64,000 nucleotides of DNA, taken from Candidatus Omnitrophota bacterium. GTDB lineage: Bacteria; Omnitrophota; Gorgyraeia; Zapsychrales; Fredricksoniimonadaceae. The stretch spans positions 81,621 through 145,620 of the forward strand of contig JABDGZ010000002.1 of the NCBI GenBank assembly GCA_013285735.1, given 5' to 3'. Of the stretch, positions 40,285 through 49,800 are shown piece after piece. Position numbers and translations under genes: made by a program. The notes under the pieces are model-generated. The model was given only the letters and a program-made list of their open reading frames with translations, was not told the origin of the DNA and made no database searches. The number at the start of each line of letters is the position of its first letter. Position 1 is the stretch's first letter.

Positions 40285-41574
40285 ATGGATTCATTAATCA
40301 AATTGATCCAAAAAACCTATAGAATGGTTGATCCTCTTGAAAGTTCGAGGGTTTTACGCAATGTTACCTCGCTTTCAGGACTCCAACTCATCACCTATGT
40401 CCTGCCCATCGTCATTCTACCCTATTTATTTAGAACGATCGGCCCGGACAAATTCGGGCTGATCTGTTTTGCGCAAGCCTTTATTCAATATTTCATGATC
40501 CTCACTGATTACGGATTTAGCGTTTCCGCAACCAAAGAAATTTCTCTTTGCCACGAAGATAAACACAAGGTCTGTAATGTTGTTTCTGCTGTCATGACCA
40601 TCAAGACCCTCCTGGCTTTTTTTAGCCTACTGATACTTTGTGTTGTCATTTATTTTGTTCCAAAATTCAAAGATGATTGGATGGTCTACGCGTTAAGTTT
40701 TGGAGTCGTGATCGGCAATACCCTTTTTCCTGCATGGTTTTTTCAAGGAACAGAAAGCATGAAATATACCGCCAAGCTCAATATTATCGGAGAATTTATC
40801 TACGCCTTTGGTATTTTTCTGTTGATCCATAAGCCTGACGATTATCTGTTAGTACCCACCATTACTTCCCTATCAGCACTGATCACCGGCCTTTGGGGAC
40901 AATATATTGTTTTTACTCGCTTTGATGTATCCTTTCAATTACCCAAACTAAAAGATTTACAGCAGCAACTGCAGGCCGGATGGAATGTTTTCATCTCCGT
41001 AGTTGCTATTAATGCCTACACAACCACCCGTGTTTTTGCGGTGGGGCTTTTGACCAACAATACGCTAACCGGGTTTTATTCCATTGCCGAGAAAATTGCC
41101 AACGCGGTGCAAACCTTTCCCTTGTCCTCTTTTACCCAGGCCATATTCCCGCGCCTGAGCAAAATATTCCACAAAAACAAAATAAAAGCCTTTGAAATCA
41201 TGAACCAGGTGCAGTTGATCACGATCATTGTTTCTTTGATCTTCCTGCCCCTAACCTTTATCCTGGCACCATTTATTGTGAAACTTGTTTGCGGAGGGAC
41301 TTATCCAGCAGCGATACTATCATTGCGATTTTTGCTCATCTCTGTCTTTTTTATCAGTTCAAACGCATTTCGTGTGCAATTTCTTTTAGTTTGCGGCAAA
41401 ACCGATTTTTATTCACGGATACACATTACGATGGCAGCCATCGGCCTGCCCCTGATCATTGCTTTTATATATTCTTTTTCTTATGTAGGTGCCGCCATGG
41501 CAACTGCGATCATTGAAGCAGGCGTCTTCACGATGACCTATTTTACAGTCAAAAAACTGCATTTTGCCCCCTAA
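40285..41574 (+). CDS. Wzx-like polysaccharide flippase (MOP superfamily)
   Basis: 429 aa with ~12 TM helices. The N-terminal region ...LSGLQLITYVLPIVILPYL.R.IGP.KFG is typical of O-unit flippases. Confidence 0.75.
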   Translation: MDSLIKLIQKTYRMVDPLESSRVLRNVTSLSGLQLITYVLPIVILPYLFRTIGPDKFGLICFAQAFIQYFMILTDYGFSVSATKEISLCHEDKHKVCNVVSAVMTIKTLLAFFSLLILCVVIYFVPKFKDDWMVYALSFGVVIGNTLFPAWFFQGTESMKYTAKLNIIGEFIYAFGIFLLIHKPDDYLLVPTITSLSALITGLWGQYIVFTRFDVSFQLPKLKDLQQQLQAGWNVFISVVAINAYTTTRVFAVGLLTNNTLTGFYSIAEKIANAVQTFPLSSFTQAIFPRLSKIFHKNKIKAFEIMNQVQLITIIVSLIFLPLTFILAPFIVKLVCGGTYPAAILSLRFLLISVFFISSNAFRVQFLLVCGKTDFYSRIHITMAAIGLPLIIAFIYSFSYVGAAMATAIIEAGVFTMTYFTVKKLHFAP

Positions 41575-41613
41575 ACACTGCCACCGCATGCTTTGAAATA
41601 TGGTATACTTTAA

Positions 41614-42144
41614 GTGATGAAGCTGTACGTTATTATTCTTTCATTGTTGTTGCAGGGTTGTTTTTGGGCACCTTGTGTTAAAGCCTCGGAAGCAGATCTT
41701 GAATGGAAGGACGCTGTGGGATCGGCCAAGCAGGGAGAGTATGATTTTGCCTTTATGGATTTTCGCACACTCCTTGAAAACCATCCTGACTCCCGCTATT
41801 CCCTGGCCGCGGAATTTGCCCAGGGAGAATATTACTTCTTACAAAATAACCTGCAGATGGCTTCTGCTGAATTTAGGAATTTTTACACCAAATATCCCCA
41901 TCACGAAGAAGCCCTGATTACCCTGGCCTATCTTTTTAGAATAGCCCAAATCCAAAACCAGCCGGATGCCATGAAAGAATACCGTAAAAAAGCAGCCTCT
42001 TTTCGCCAGCTTATTTTCATTTTTAATGATAAAAAATTCTATAAATTCCTTTCAGGTTTTCAACGTAAACATAAACTTGTTTATTACATCAACAAAGTAG
42101 ATCTTTATGTTAATGGCCAACTATTTACAGAGGTTCCTTTTTAA
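41614..42144 (+). CDS. TPR-like lipoprotein (BamD/YfiO-like, tentative)
   Basis: Lipobox LLLQGC. Helical-repeat sequence A...G.Y..A...F..L....P.S.Y...A.F..G..YF. The start is GTG 41614 or ATG 41617. Confidence 0.45.
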   Translation: MMKLYVIILSLLLQGCFWAPCVKASEADLEWKDAVGSAKQGEYDFAFMDFRTLLENHPDSRYSLAAEFAQGEYYFLQNNLQMASAEFRNFYTKYPHHEEALITLAYLFRIAQIQNQPDAMKEYRKKAASFRQLIFIFNDKKFYKFLSGFQRKHKLVYYINKVDLYVNGQLFTEVPF

Positions 42145-43897
42145 ATGGAAATACGCCATCCTTATCATCTTTGTATTCTCCGCAATGATGGCAACTTTTT
42201 CCTTCCAGATCAATCGCTGGCTTCCTCAGTATGCCCTGTCCCTTGCTCATACGATTGGTCAAGAATCACAAACAAAAATATTCTTTAGGACAGCCCGTTA
42301 CCACTTTCCTGACCACATTATCTTGAAAGACGTTAAAATATTTGGGATTGATGGTAAAAATCCTATGTTGCAAGCGCCTCGGGTGACGGTAGGATTTTTT
42401 AATAAGATCATCATCGATGGCCTGATGATAGATTTTCCGATCTTAAAGAATTACTTAACCCGGTATAGTAAGAAAAATCGTACCTGGGCCCGAACCATTC
42501 CCCCCAAAGGTATTCATCTCGTTGTACCTAACGGAGAATTTTATCCAACAGGCCATAACAAAGGAAACCCTATTGCCTTTAATACTGATCTCACCCTTAA
42601 CCAGGGCCATCTAAACGCCATGGGTTCTTTAGGAGACAATGACAAGTTCAATTACACACTCAACGGCACTATCCGTAACGCCGGTTTTGATATGGACAAG
42701 TTCACCTTGGAAGACGGCCGGTCTTCCATGAATCTATGGGGCAGCTGGCAGGATAATGACATCGATTGGAAAGGATTTATTTTTTATGACAAACTCTATA
42801 TCCTGGATATCGACGGGCATTTAAACATTCAAAACAATGATATCATCCTTAAAAAATTATCTTTTTCTGTTAACGGGAATGATGTTGCGGCCTCAGGGCA
42901 TTGTTTAACACCAAACCCTTTCCAATGCGATGCTAATATTGCTTTAAGAAATACCAGCTTGCATCTCCATGCTCAGAATTCTCCGCAGGGCATTGTATTT
43001 AATGGGATGATTGATGTACAAAATATTCATTTAGGATTTGAAGACTTAACAGCCCGGATCGTCAATGATAATTTACTTAAATTAAAAATAAAAAGACTAC
43101 AGAGCATCTTTTCAGTCCAGGATACTGAACATAGCCTGCCTCTTGAGAATGTTTTAGCCAGCATTAACTTTGCTTACGCCTACCGGAAAGACATCTCTTT
43201 ATCTGCCCAAATGTATGCAGGAGCTTTACACAGCCATATTTTCTTGAATACATCCTCCTTACCGTGGCAAATCAAAGGTCAAGGTAAATTTGAAGGTATG
43301 GATATAAACCGCTTAAACAATGACTTTTCTTCTTTCAAACAATGCCATGGTCTTTTCTCGGGAAATTTTAATTTTCAAGCGCCAAAAGACATCGAAATCA
43401 CCGGTAATTTAGGGTTTCATAATGGCAATTTTAATGATTCTGATTTTCAAAAGTGGGTGGCAAAAATCTTGCAAATGCCCGGGCTAAATCATGTGTCCGG
43501 AGCTGATTTGTCATGCCGTTTTAAAATCAACGGAAGGTCAAAAACGCTGGATGATTTAAAACTGAACACCGATAATTTTAATTTAAACGGATTTTTTCAT
43601 CTCGACGATGACGATTTAGTTTCAAGCCAGGTTTCAGCATCATTCTCTAAAAAACTTCTTAGTGAATCACCCATCGGCCGCGACATCATTGGCTTGGTCC
43701 GCGGGGCATGGACGCTGCCTTTTGAATTTGATCTATCCGGAAATGTGTACAGAATGAACTTTCAATGGAACAATTCTCCCCTGAAAGATAAAGTACATCA
43801 ACACCTGTTTTCATTTGTCGAACGGATGATCGATCGGCGCATGGACGCCCGTTCCTACAATTTCACTATACAAAGGGAGTCGGTGTCGCCTGGATGA
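42107..43897 (+). CDS. Membrane-anchored large periplasmic protein (AsmA-like architecture, tentative)
   Basis: One N-terminal TM helix (YAILIIFVFSAMMATF) followed by ~560 aa that are beta-rich and N/D/G-rich. No catalytic motif recognised. Confidence 0.35.
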   Translation: MLMANYLQRFLFKWKYAILIIFVFSAMMATFSFQINRWLPQYALSLAHTIGQESQTKIFFRTARYHFPDHIILKDVKIFGIDGKNPMLQAPRVTVGFFNKIIIDGLMIDFPILKNYLTRYSKKNRTWARTIPPKGIHLVVPNGEFYPTGHNKGNPIAFNTDLTLNQGHLNAMGSLGDNDKFNYTLNGTIRNAGFDMDKFTLEDGRSSMNLWGSWQDNDIDWKGFIFYDKLYILDIDGHLNIQNNDIILKKLSFSVNGNDVAASGHCLTPNPFQCDANIALRNTSLHLHAQNSPQGIVFNGMIDVQNIHLGFEDLTARIVNDNLLKLKIKRLQSIFSVQDTEHSLPLENVLASINFAYAYRKDISLSAQMYAGALHSHIFLNTSSLPWQIKGQGKFEGMDINRLNNDFSSFKQCHGLFSGNFNFQAPKDIEITGNLGFHNGNFNDSDFQKWVAKILQMPGLNHVSGADLSCRFKINGRSKTLDDLKLNTDNFNLNGFFHLDDDDLVSSQVSASFSKKLLSESPIGRDIIGLVRGAWTLPFEFDLSGNVYRMNFQWNNSPLKDKVHQHLFSFVERMIDRRMDARSYNFTIQRESVSPG

Positions 43898-45309
43898 AGA
43901 GAAAGCCTGCGTTCGGTCAATATTAATACATCATCTTTCTTAACGAGATGAGAAGATTCAAGCATCTTGATAATGGCTTTAGGGTCATGAGTGATTTTCT
44001 TAATAAAAAAGAAAGGCTGTACCCCGTAAGAAAAATTCAAAAAATCACAAACCTGCGAAGAGGCGCTAAAGGACAATATCCAGCAAGGAGGCTTAAACCT
44101 GGAAATACGGCGGGCGGTACTGCCGCTGGTCGTCGGAGTCAATATATAATGAGCATCCAATTCCCAAGCTGCCCCCACCGCATTCAATGAAGTGACATCA
44201 GTAATCGTCAATAAGCCGCCTTGAGAAACCTTACTGCTTATGCTCATTCCACCACTATTAGGCAATGATCCCCTGTCCCTTTGAGATTCAGTAGTCATAG
44301 CGATCTTGGCCATCATTTTTACCGTCTCAACGGGATAATCACCAATAGCTGTTTCCTGCGAAAGCATGATGGCATCTGTCCCATCTAGAATAGCATTGGC
44401 CACATCATTGACCTCAGCACGTGTCGGACGTACATTTTGAGTCATAGACTCTAACATTTGTGTTGCGGTAATAACAGGTTTTCCTAGGATATTCGCTTTT
44501 TGGATTAACCGCTTTTGAATACCCGGCACCTCTTCAATGGGAATTTCCACGCCCAAATCCCCTCGAGCAATCATCACAGCATCTGCAGCTTTCAAAATCC
44601 CATCAAAATTATCGATCGCTTCCCGGCGTTCAATCTTGGCAATCAAATAGACTTGATGCCCCTTTTTCCTGGCAAATTCTCTTACCTTGATGATGTCTTT
44701 AGGTTCCTCAACAAATGAAAGACCAAAAATATTAACGCCATGCTTTAAACCAAAATCAACGATTGTCAAATCCCTCTTTGTAATGGGATTAATATTTAAA
44801 TTCGCACCAGGCAAATTAAGCCCTTTATGCGAAAGGAGTTTTCCACCGATCAAAACCCTGCACGATACATCCTGACCAACAATTTTTTCTACTTTTAATT
44901 GGATAAAGCCATCATTAAGAAAAATGATCTTATCCCTAGAAACACTTTTATGAAGCTGTTTATACTCAACAGGGATAAGCTCCTGCGTACCTAGTACATT
45001 ACGCGTTGTAAGCACCGTTTGTGCGCCTTTTTTGAGCGTAACAGATTCGTTTTGAAGGCGGCCGATACGCATTTTGACACCCGGAAGGTCGATGAGGATG
45101 CTGACCATGCGTCGTGTTTTAGCAGCAATTTCACGGATATTGCGGATATTTTCTGCGTGTTCTTTAAACTCCCCATGCGAAAGATTAAGGCGAGCCACGT
45201 TCATCCCGCTTTCCATCATCTCTTCAAGTTTGGAGGGGGAAGACGAAGAAGGACCAATGGTACAAACGATCTTTGTTTTGGGAACGGGTAGTTTCAATAA
45301 CATTTGCAT
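43855..45309 (-). CDS. pyk: Pyruvate kinase
   Basis: KTKIVCTIGPSS, NVARLNLSHG, MIARGDLGVEIP and TQMLESM motifs. 484 aa with a C-terminal regulatory domain. Confidence 0.93.
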   Translation of the reverse strand: MQMLLKLPVPKTKIVCTIGPSSSSPSKLEEMMESGMNVARLNLSHGEFKEHAENIRNIREIAAKTRRMVSILIDLPGVKMRIGRLQNESVTLKKGAQTVLTTRNVLGTQELIPVEYKQLHKSVSRDKIIFLNDGFIQLKVEKIVGQDVSCRVLIGGKLLSHKGLNLPGANLNINPITKRDLTIVDFGLKHGVNIFGLSFVEEPKDIIKVREFARKKGHQVYLIAKIERREAIDNFDGILKAADAVMIARGDLGVEIPIEEVPGIQKRLIQKANILGKPVITATQMLESMTQNVRPTRAEVNDVANAILDGTDAIMLSQETAIGDYPVETVKMMAKIAMTTESQRDRGSLPNSGGMSISSKVSQGGLLTITDVTSLNAVGAAWELDAHYILTPTTSGSTARRISRFKPPCWILSFSASSQVCDFLNFSYGVQPFFFIKKITHDPKAIIKMLESSHLVKKDDVLILTERRLSLHPGDTDSLCIVKL

Positions 45310-45336
45310 CCCTGCCTGCCGGCAGGCAGATAATAT

Positions 45337-45951
45337 CTATTTTCCATAAATGACTTCTAGCTGAGAAACCTTGGGAAATTCCGGATAAAATTCTCCCTGC
45401 GGCCCTATAAACCCATTGCCTGATTTTTTAAGCATAACTGCCGTATACCCACCTTTATTATTGGGGATATTAATGGTAAAAGTATCGTCCTCCACAGCCG
45501 GTGCAATGGTGGTTTGACTATCAACGACTGTTGGCGGCTGTTCAACGGTCACTGGTTGTTGAACAACCGTGACCGGCGGTGCGACCTCTTGATAACTATA
45601 ACCATTATACACATAATATGTCCCATCGTTTACATAATATGTAATACCATTAACGACAACTGGTTGATAAATGGGTGGAGCAACAAGAACCGCATCTTCC
45701 GGCGGGTAATAAGAAGCACTATAATTGTAGTTGTCAGGCCATACAGAAAAACCAATGCCTACATAAGAACGGTCATGGTGCCCCCCGTCATGGCTATGCC
45801 CGCTGTCATGAGAACCGCTATCGTGATGCCCACTATCCTGATTATGCCCGTCCTTACTATGATCTGGCCCATCCGCATAAGATGAAACCGGTCGCATGAT
45901 GAACAGGCTTACGATAAAAACAGCAAACAATACCTTGAATATATTTCGCAT
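45337..45951 (-). CDS. Secreted His-rich protein (204 aa), function unknown
   Basis: Signal peptide, then DGPDHSKDGHNQDSGHHDSGSHDSGHSHDGGHHD, followed by a Y/V/P-rich region (GITYYVNDGTYYVYNGYSY). Confidence 0.5.
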   Translation of the reverse strand: MRNIFKVLFAVFIVSLFIMRPVSSYADGPDHSKDGHNQDSGHHDSGSHDSGHSHDGGHHDRSYVGIGFSVWPDNYNYSASYYPPEDAVLVAPPIYQPVVVNGITYYVNDGTYYVYNGYSYQEVAPPVTVVQQPVTVEQPPTVVDSQTTIAPAVEDDTFTINIPNNKGGYTAVMLKKSGNGFIGPQGEFYPEFPKVSQLEVIYGK

Positions 45952-46054
45952 ATGACGCTCCTTAACGCGTTATTCTATCATATAAATCTTGCAGCCCTTC
46001 ACTTAATTAGACAATACGGAACATCAGAAAGTTTCAGGAGGATTGGGGGCAGGA

Positions 46055-46882
46055 CTAGAGGCCTTTTTTAATTTCTTGCAAAATTTCAGGACTGACTTTA
46101 AATCCCTTATCCATGGCCATCTTCATATCTAGTTGGGCACTGTAATATTCTTTTTTACCTAAATAGGCATTGGCCCGGTTAAAATAGACGCCAGCATCTG
46201 TAGGGTCAATCACAATAGCTTTACTCAAGTCAGCGATTGCCTCGTCCCACTTGCCTTGTTGAAGATAAAGGTTGCCCCGACTTTTATAGCCTTGGATGAG
46301 ATTAGGACTTAATAAAATAACTTGATTGAACTGATTCAGGGCTTCGGCAAATTTTCCTTTTCTTTGATAGGCATTTCCCCAGTAAAGATGATTATCTCTC
46401 TCATGGATATTGATTTCAAAAGATTGATCGAAAAAAATAAACAGACTTAAAATCAACAATAATCCTCCTGCCGCGAGCGGCATAAAAATATCTCCTATAT
46501 ACCCAGGTTCAAGAACTGCCTGCTGTGGATTAATAGGGTCATAATAAACCATAACTTCGTCTTGACGACGATATTTATTCATCACCTTAAGTGCGATTTT
46601 GGGATTTCTGCTTTCGCCATCCCGGAATGACACCCTTTTTGATAAATATGGCCTATCATTAACAACATATTCATATTGAACATCCGCCCCATACCATCTC
46701 GTCAGGCCAGGATTAGAATCTATAAATTTTGGTAAATGTTTAATAGACAACATAGATGAGACCACTTGACCTCTAACTTGTGGCCATTGTAATGCGGATT
46801 GGGATTCAATAATCAGGTTACCTACCCAAAACATAATTAAAACGCCAATTACTGTGATAGTCCACAATATGGTTTTCTTCAT
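46055..46882 (-). CDS. DUF3592-like membrane domain fused to TPR repeats
   Basis: N-terminal TM helix plus W.QV.G.V...Y.Y.V..R.Y.S.R..F...VYYDP.NP..AVLE and a second TM helix (DUF3592 pattern), then 3-4 TPR units (YWGNAY...A...F..., IDP.DA..YFNRANAY). Its ATG lies 3 nt after the P3 stop. Confidence 0.65.
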   Translation of the reverse strand: MKKTILWTITVIGVLIMFWVGNLIIESQSALQWPQVRGQVVSSMLSIKHLPKFIDSNPGLTRWYGADVQYEYVVNDRPYLSKRVSFRDGESRNPKIALKVMNKYRRQDEVMVYYDPINPQQAVLEPGYIGDIFMPLAAGGLLLILSLFIFFDQSFEINIHERDNHLYWGNAYQRKGKFAEALNQFNQVILLSPNLIQGYKSRGNLYLQQGKWDEAIADLSKAIVIDPTDAGVYFNRANAYLGKKEYYSAQLDMKMAMDKGFKVSPEILQEIKKGL

Positions 46883-46885
46883 TAC

Positions 46886-49800
46886 TTAAATTGTCCCTGC
46901 AGTGATTTGGTTATCCGTTACGCCAAGAAAGTTTCTCAGATTGACTGTCTGTATATCAATAATAAAAGGCCTAAAGCCCGGGGCGTTTTGAAGTTTCTGC
47001 AACATGGCTTGGTCGATATGAAATTTAATACCTTCCCCAGCATTTTGGGTCTGTAAATTTTTATTAGTAAGAGATAGATCGATACCACCAGTGCTTGCTT
47101 TATCTTCACTAAACTGCGCCACATCTCCGCCATTGGCTACTCGAACAAGGTCATCTTGGGTAATCACCTCTTTTTCCAAGTATACCTCAAAAACTCTTTT
47201 AATTTCATTCTTTTCTTCATCAGTTAAACTCTTGCCGTCTTTAGTTACTTCAAATCTATCTTCAACCCCTGTTTGATAGGTGTTAACAGGAGAAACTCTA
47301 ATATTTAATTTAAATCTGTCTGAAAGGATGCGTGAAACAACATATAACAAGCCATTGCGGTCTGCGGTCTGTAGATTAAATACACTCGCCTCTTGACCAA
47401 TATCATCTTCAAAATTAACCTCGGTTCTTATTTTTTGAGTACCTGATGATCTTTTAAAATCTTGCCTGGCTCCGTTAAGTTCAAAAATTTCATCAACAGT
47501 TACTGTTCCGTTGATGACTGAATCTACAAGAATAGGGAGCAAAGGGACAAGCATCCGTTCCCAAGGGAAATCATCCTTTTGGGACCTTTCTTGAGAAAAC
47601 CTTCTATCTTTCAACAGTGCATCAAGTTGGGCAATTTGTATCTGATTCTTTTGACTTTCTCCTTGAAGTTTTGTGAGTAGCGTTTCAGCGATATGCCTGG
47701 AGTCTTGACGCCCAATGAACCATCCCCTCATTTGATCAAAAACAATCCCTGCACGGGATGTATTAATCTGGGCACCTAAAATATTAAATCCCATCGCAGC
47801 TAAAGCACCTGCAGCTTTATACATGATTCCCTGCTCATCTTTATTAGTACCAACTAAAAAATTTAACATACGTCCATAAGGAGTGGAGACTTCTAAAGCC
47901 ACGGCATGCGATTCCAAAAGGTCCTTTGAGATATCATGCATAAAAACAAATAAAATAAATTGCTCTATCAAAAAATTCTTGTCTGTGAAACGAAAATAAA
48001 AAGAGTCGTACATTTTTGTAAATTCATCCCAAAGAGATTCATGAGTGTCAGGGTCTTCAATAAAAGCTTTTGATAGCCAGGTAGTATCTTCTACATATTT
48101 AGGATCAACACCATCTATACTGCTAATTAATTTGGGAAGTTGACGTTGAATGATGTCCTTATTGAAATGCTCCCTTGTTTCATCCTGTACTCTCTTTGCT
48201 TCATCAATAGCTCCCTGCTTCCATTCGCCCCTCAAACGGTCTTGCTCTAATGGTGATTGCCGCAGATATTCTGATAATGCCACAAACAAATCCGTGGTCA
48301 TTTGATATTTTCCATTTTCAAATGTCCACTGATAGGGATTAGAAGGATCATACGGATCAACAGAATGAGCATCTGCCAGGGTCAAAAGATAAAACGTATT
48401 CAATAAATCCTGATTTAAAACACCCTCAGCTAATTTAAGAGTATCCACCAAATCAGTGAAGAAAAACTGACTCCTATTATTGGCAGCGACATATCGTGTA
48501 TTATTAATCCTCATCCCCCATTCCTGATGATACCAAACCAGCCACTTAACTAGAGGTAAAATGGCGCTCGCATCCGGGAATTGACTTAAAAAGCGCGGCG
48601 TCATTTTAATAGAGCCTGCTATTGGATGCGGTGTGTTCCAACTAGCTCCCCCAACTTCCTTTTCAGCATCATGGCATAAAATGGCGAACCTTAACGCAGC
48701 CAATGAGTTGCCATCACTTGATACATTGTTATACACCCCTTGGGCTTCATGTAATCTGGGATCGCCAAACATAATATTCTCAAGATAATACAAAAGATAA
48801 ATCGAGTGCATGGGGACAGAAAACCTATGAACAGGAGCTTCGAAATGATACCTCAACGTTTCAAATTCAGGTAAAAACTTACCTAATAGCCGCACCTGAT
48901 ACATCTTTAATAGTAGTAAAGAAATCTTTTTTTGTGTCTTCATAAATGCATAGAAAGCTTCCTTCATAGCCTCTGTTGGTTCTTCCAAAGCAGTTGTCTG
49001 TGCAGCAATGGCACGAAGGACTCTATCTGAAATGGTCGCCTCTTTGTCAGCTGTCAACTGAAAAACCTTGACCATAAGCTCAGGTCTTTCTTGAAAAGTC
49101 TCTTCTATTCTTTCCTGTGAAATTTCCTCTGGAAAATCTATGACACGTACAGCTTCGCCTTTGCCCTTAATCTTTAAATGAAATTGATTGGCTAAATCAA
49201 TATAAAAGCCTTGGTCAAGCACTTTAATTTCAAACCCATCCCCATCGGTAATCTGATGGACTTCCGAATAAGAGGCTGGCAGTTCTTTTTCCATAACCGT
49301 CTGAAAGACCCTGGTCAAAACTTTATACACGAGTTCTGAATTTTGATAATATTTTTCATACTCTTTTTCCACGTCCCCACTAACTGCAAAATGTTCAATA
49401 ACAGATATCCCTTGTTTGTAGGAATTAAAATTACCCCTCAGAAATGTATCAATTTCTTGTTTGTATTTAATCAATTCATCCTTTTCCTCTGGAGTGATCA
49501 ACTCGTGATCCAACAATCCATCAATTAATGGACTCACATCATCTTCACTCCATACCCCTTCGGGATGTAAACCGCTAATAGGGTAATCCTTTAAGACTCC
49601 TGATTCAAACAAGTCTTTTAACGCAAACCACATCGCATTCCCACCGTGAATATCCAAAGGTGATTCCATGTACGTTCTTTGATCAGTAAAGCTAACTGGA
49701 ACAAATTGTTGAACAGTAAATGGACCTCCACCTCTGATTCGGTAAAGATCATTAACCCGTTTAAAAATTGTATTGACCACTCTCTGGAACTCTGGAATTT

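Noticed and set aside
43855-43897. 43-nt convergent overlap between pyruvate kinase and the AsmA-like ORF as a sign of a frameshift or pseudogene
   Set aside because: Both ORFs are full length with intact terminal motifs. A short convergent overlap of 3' ends is compatible with two real genes.
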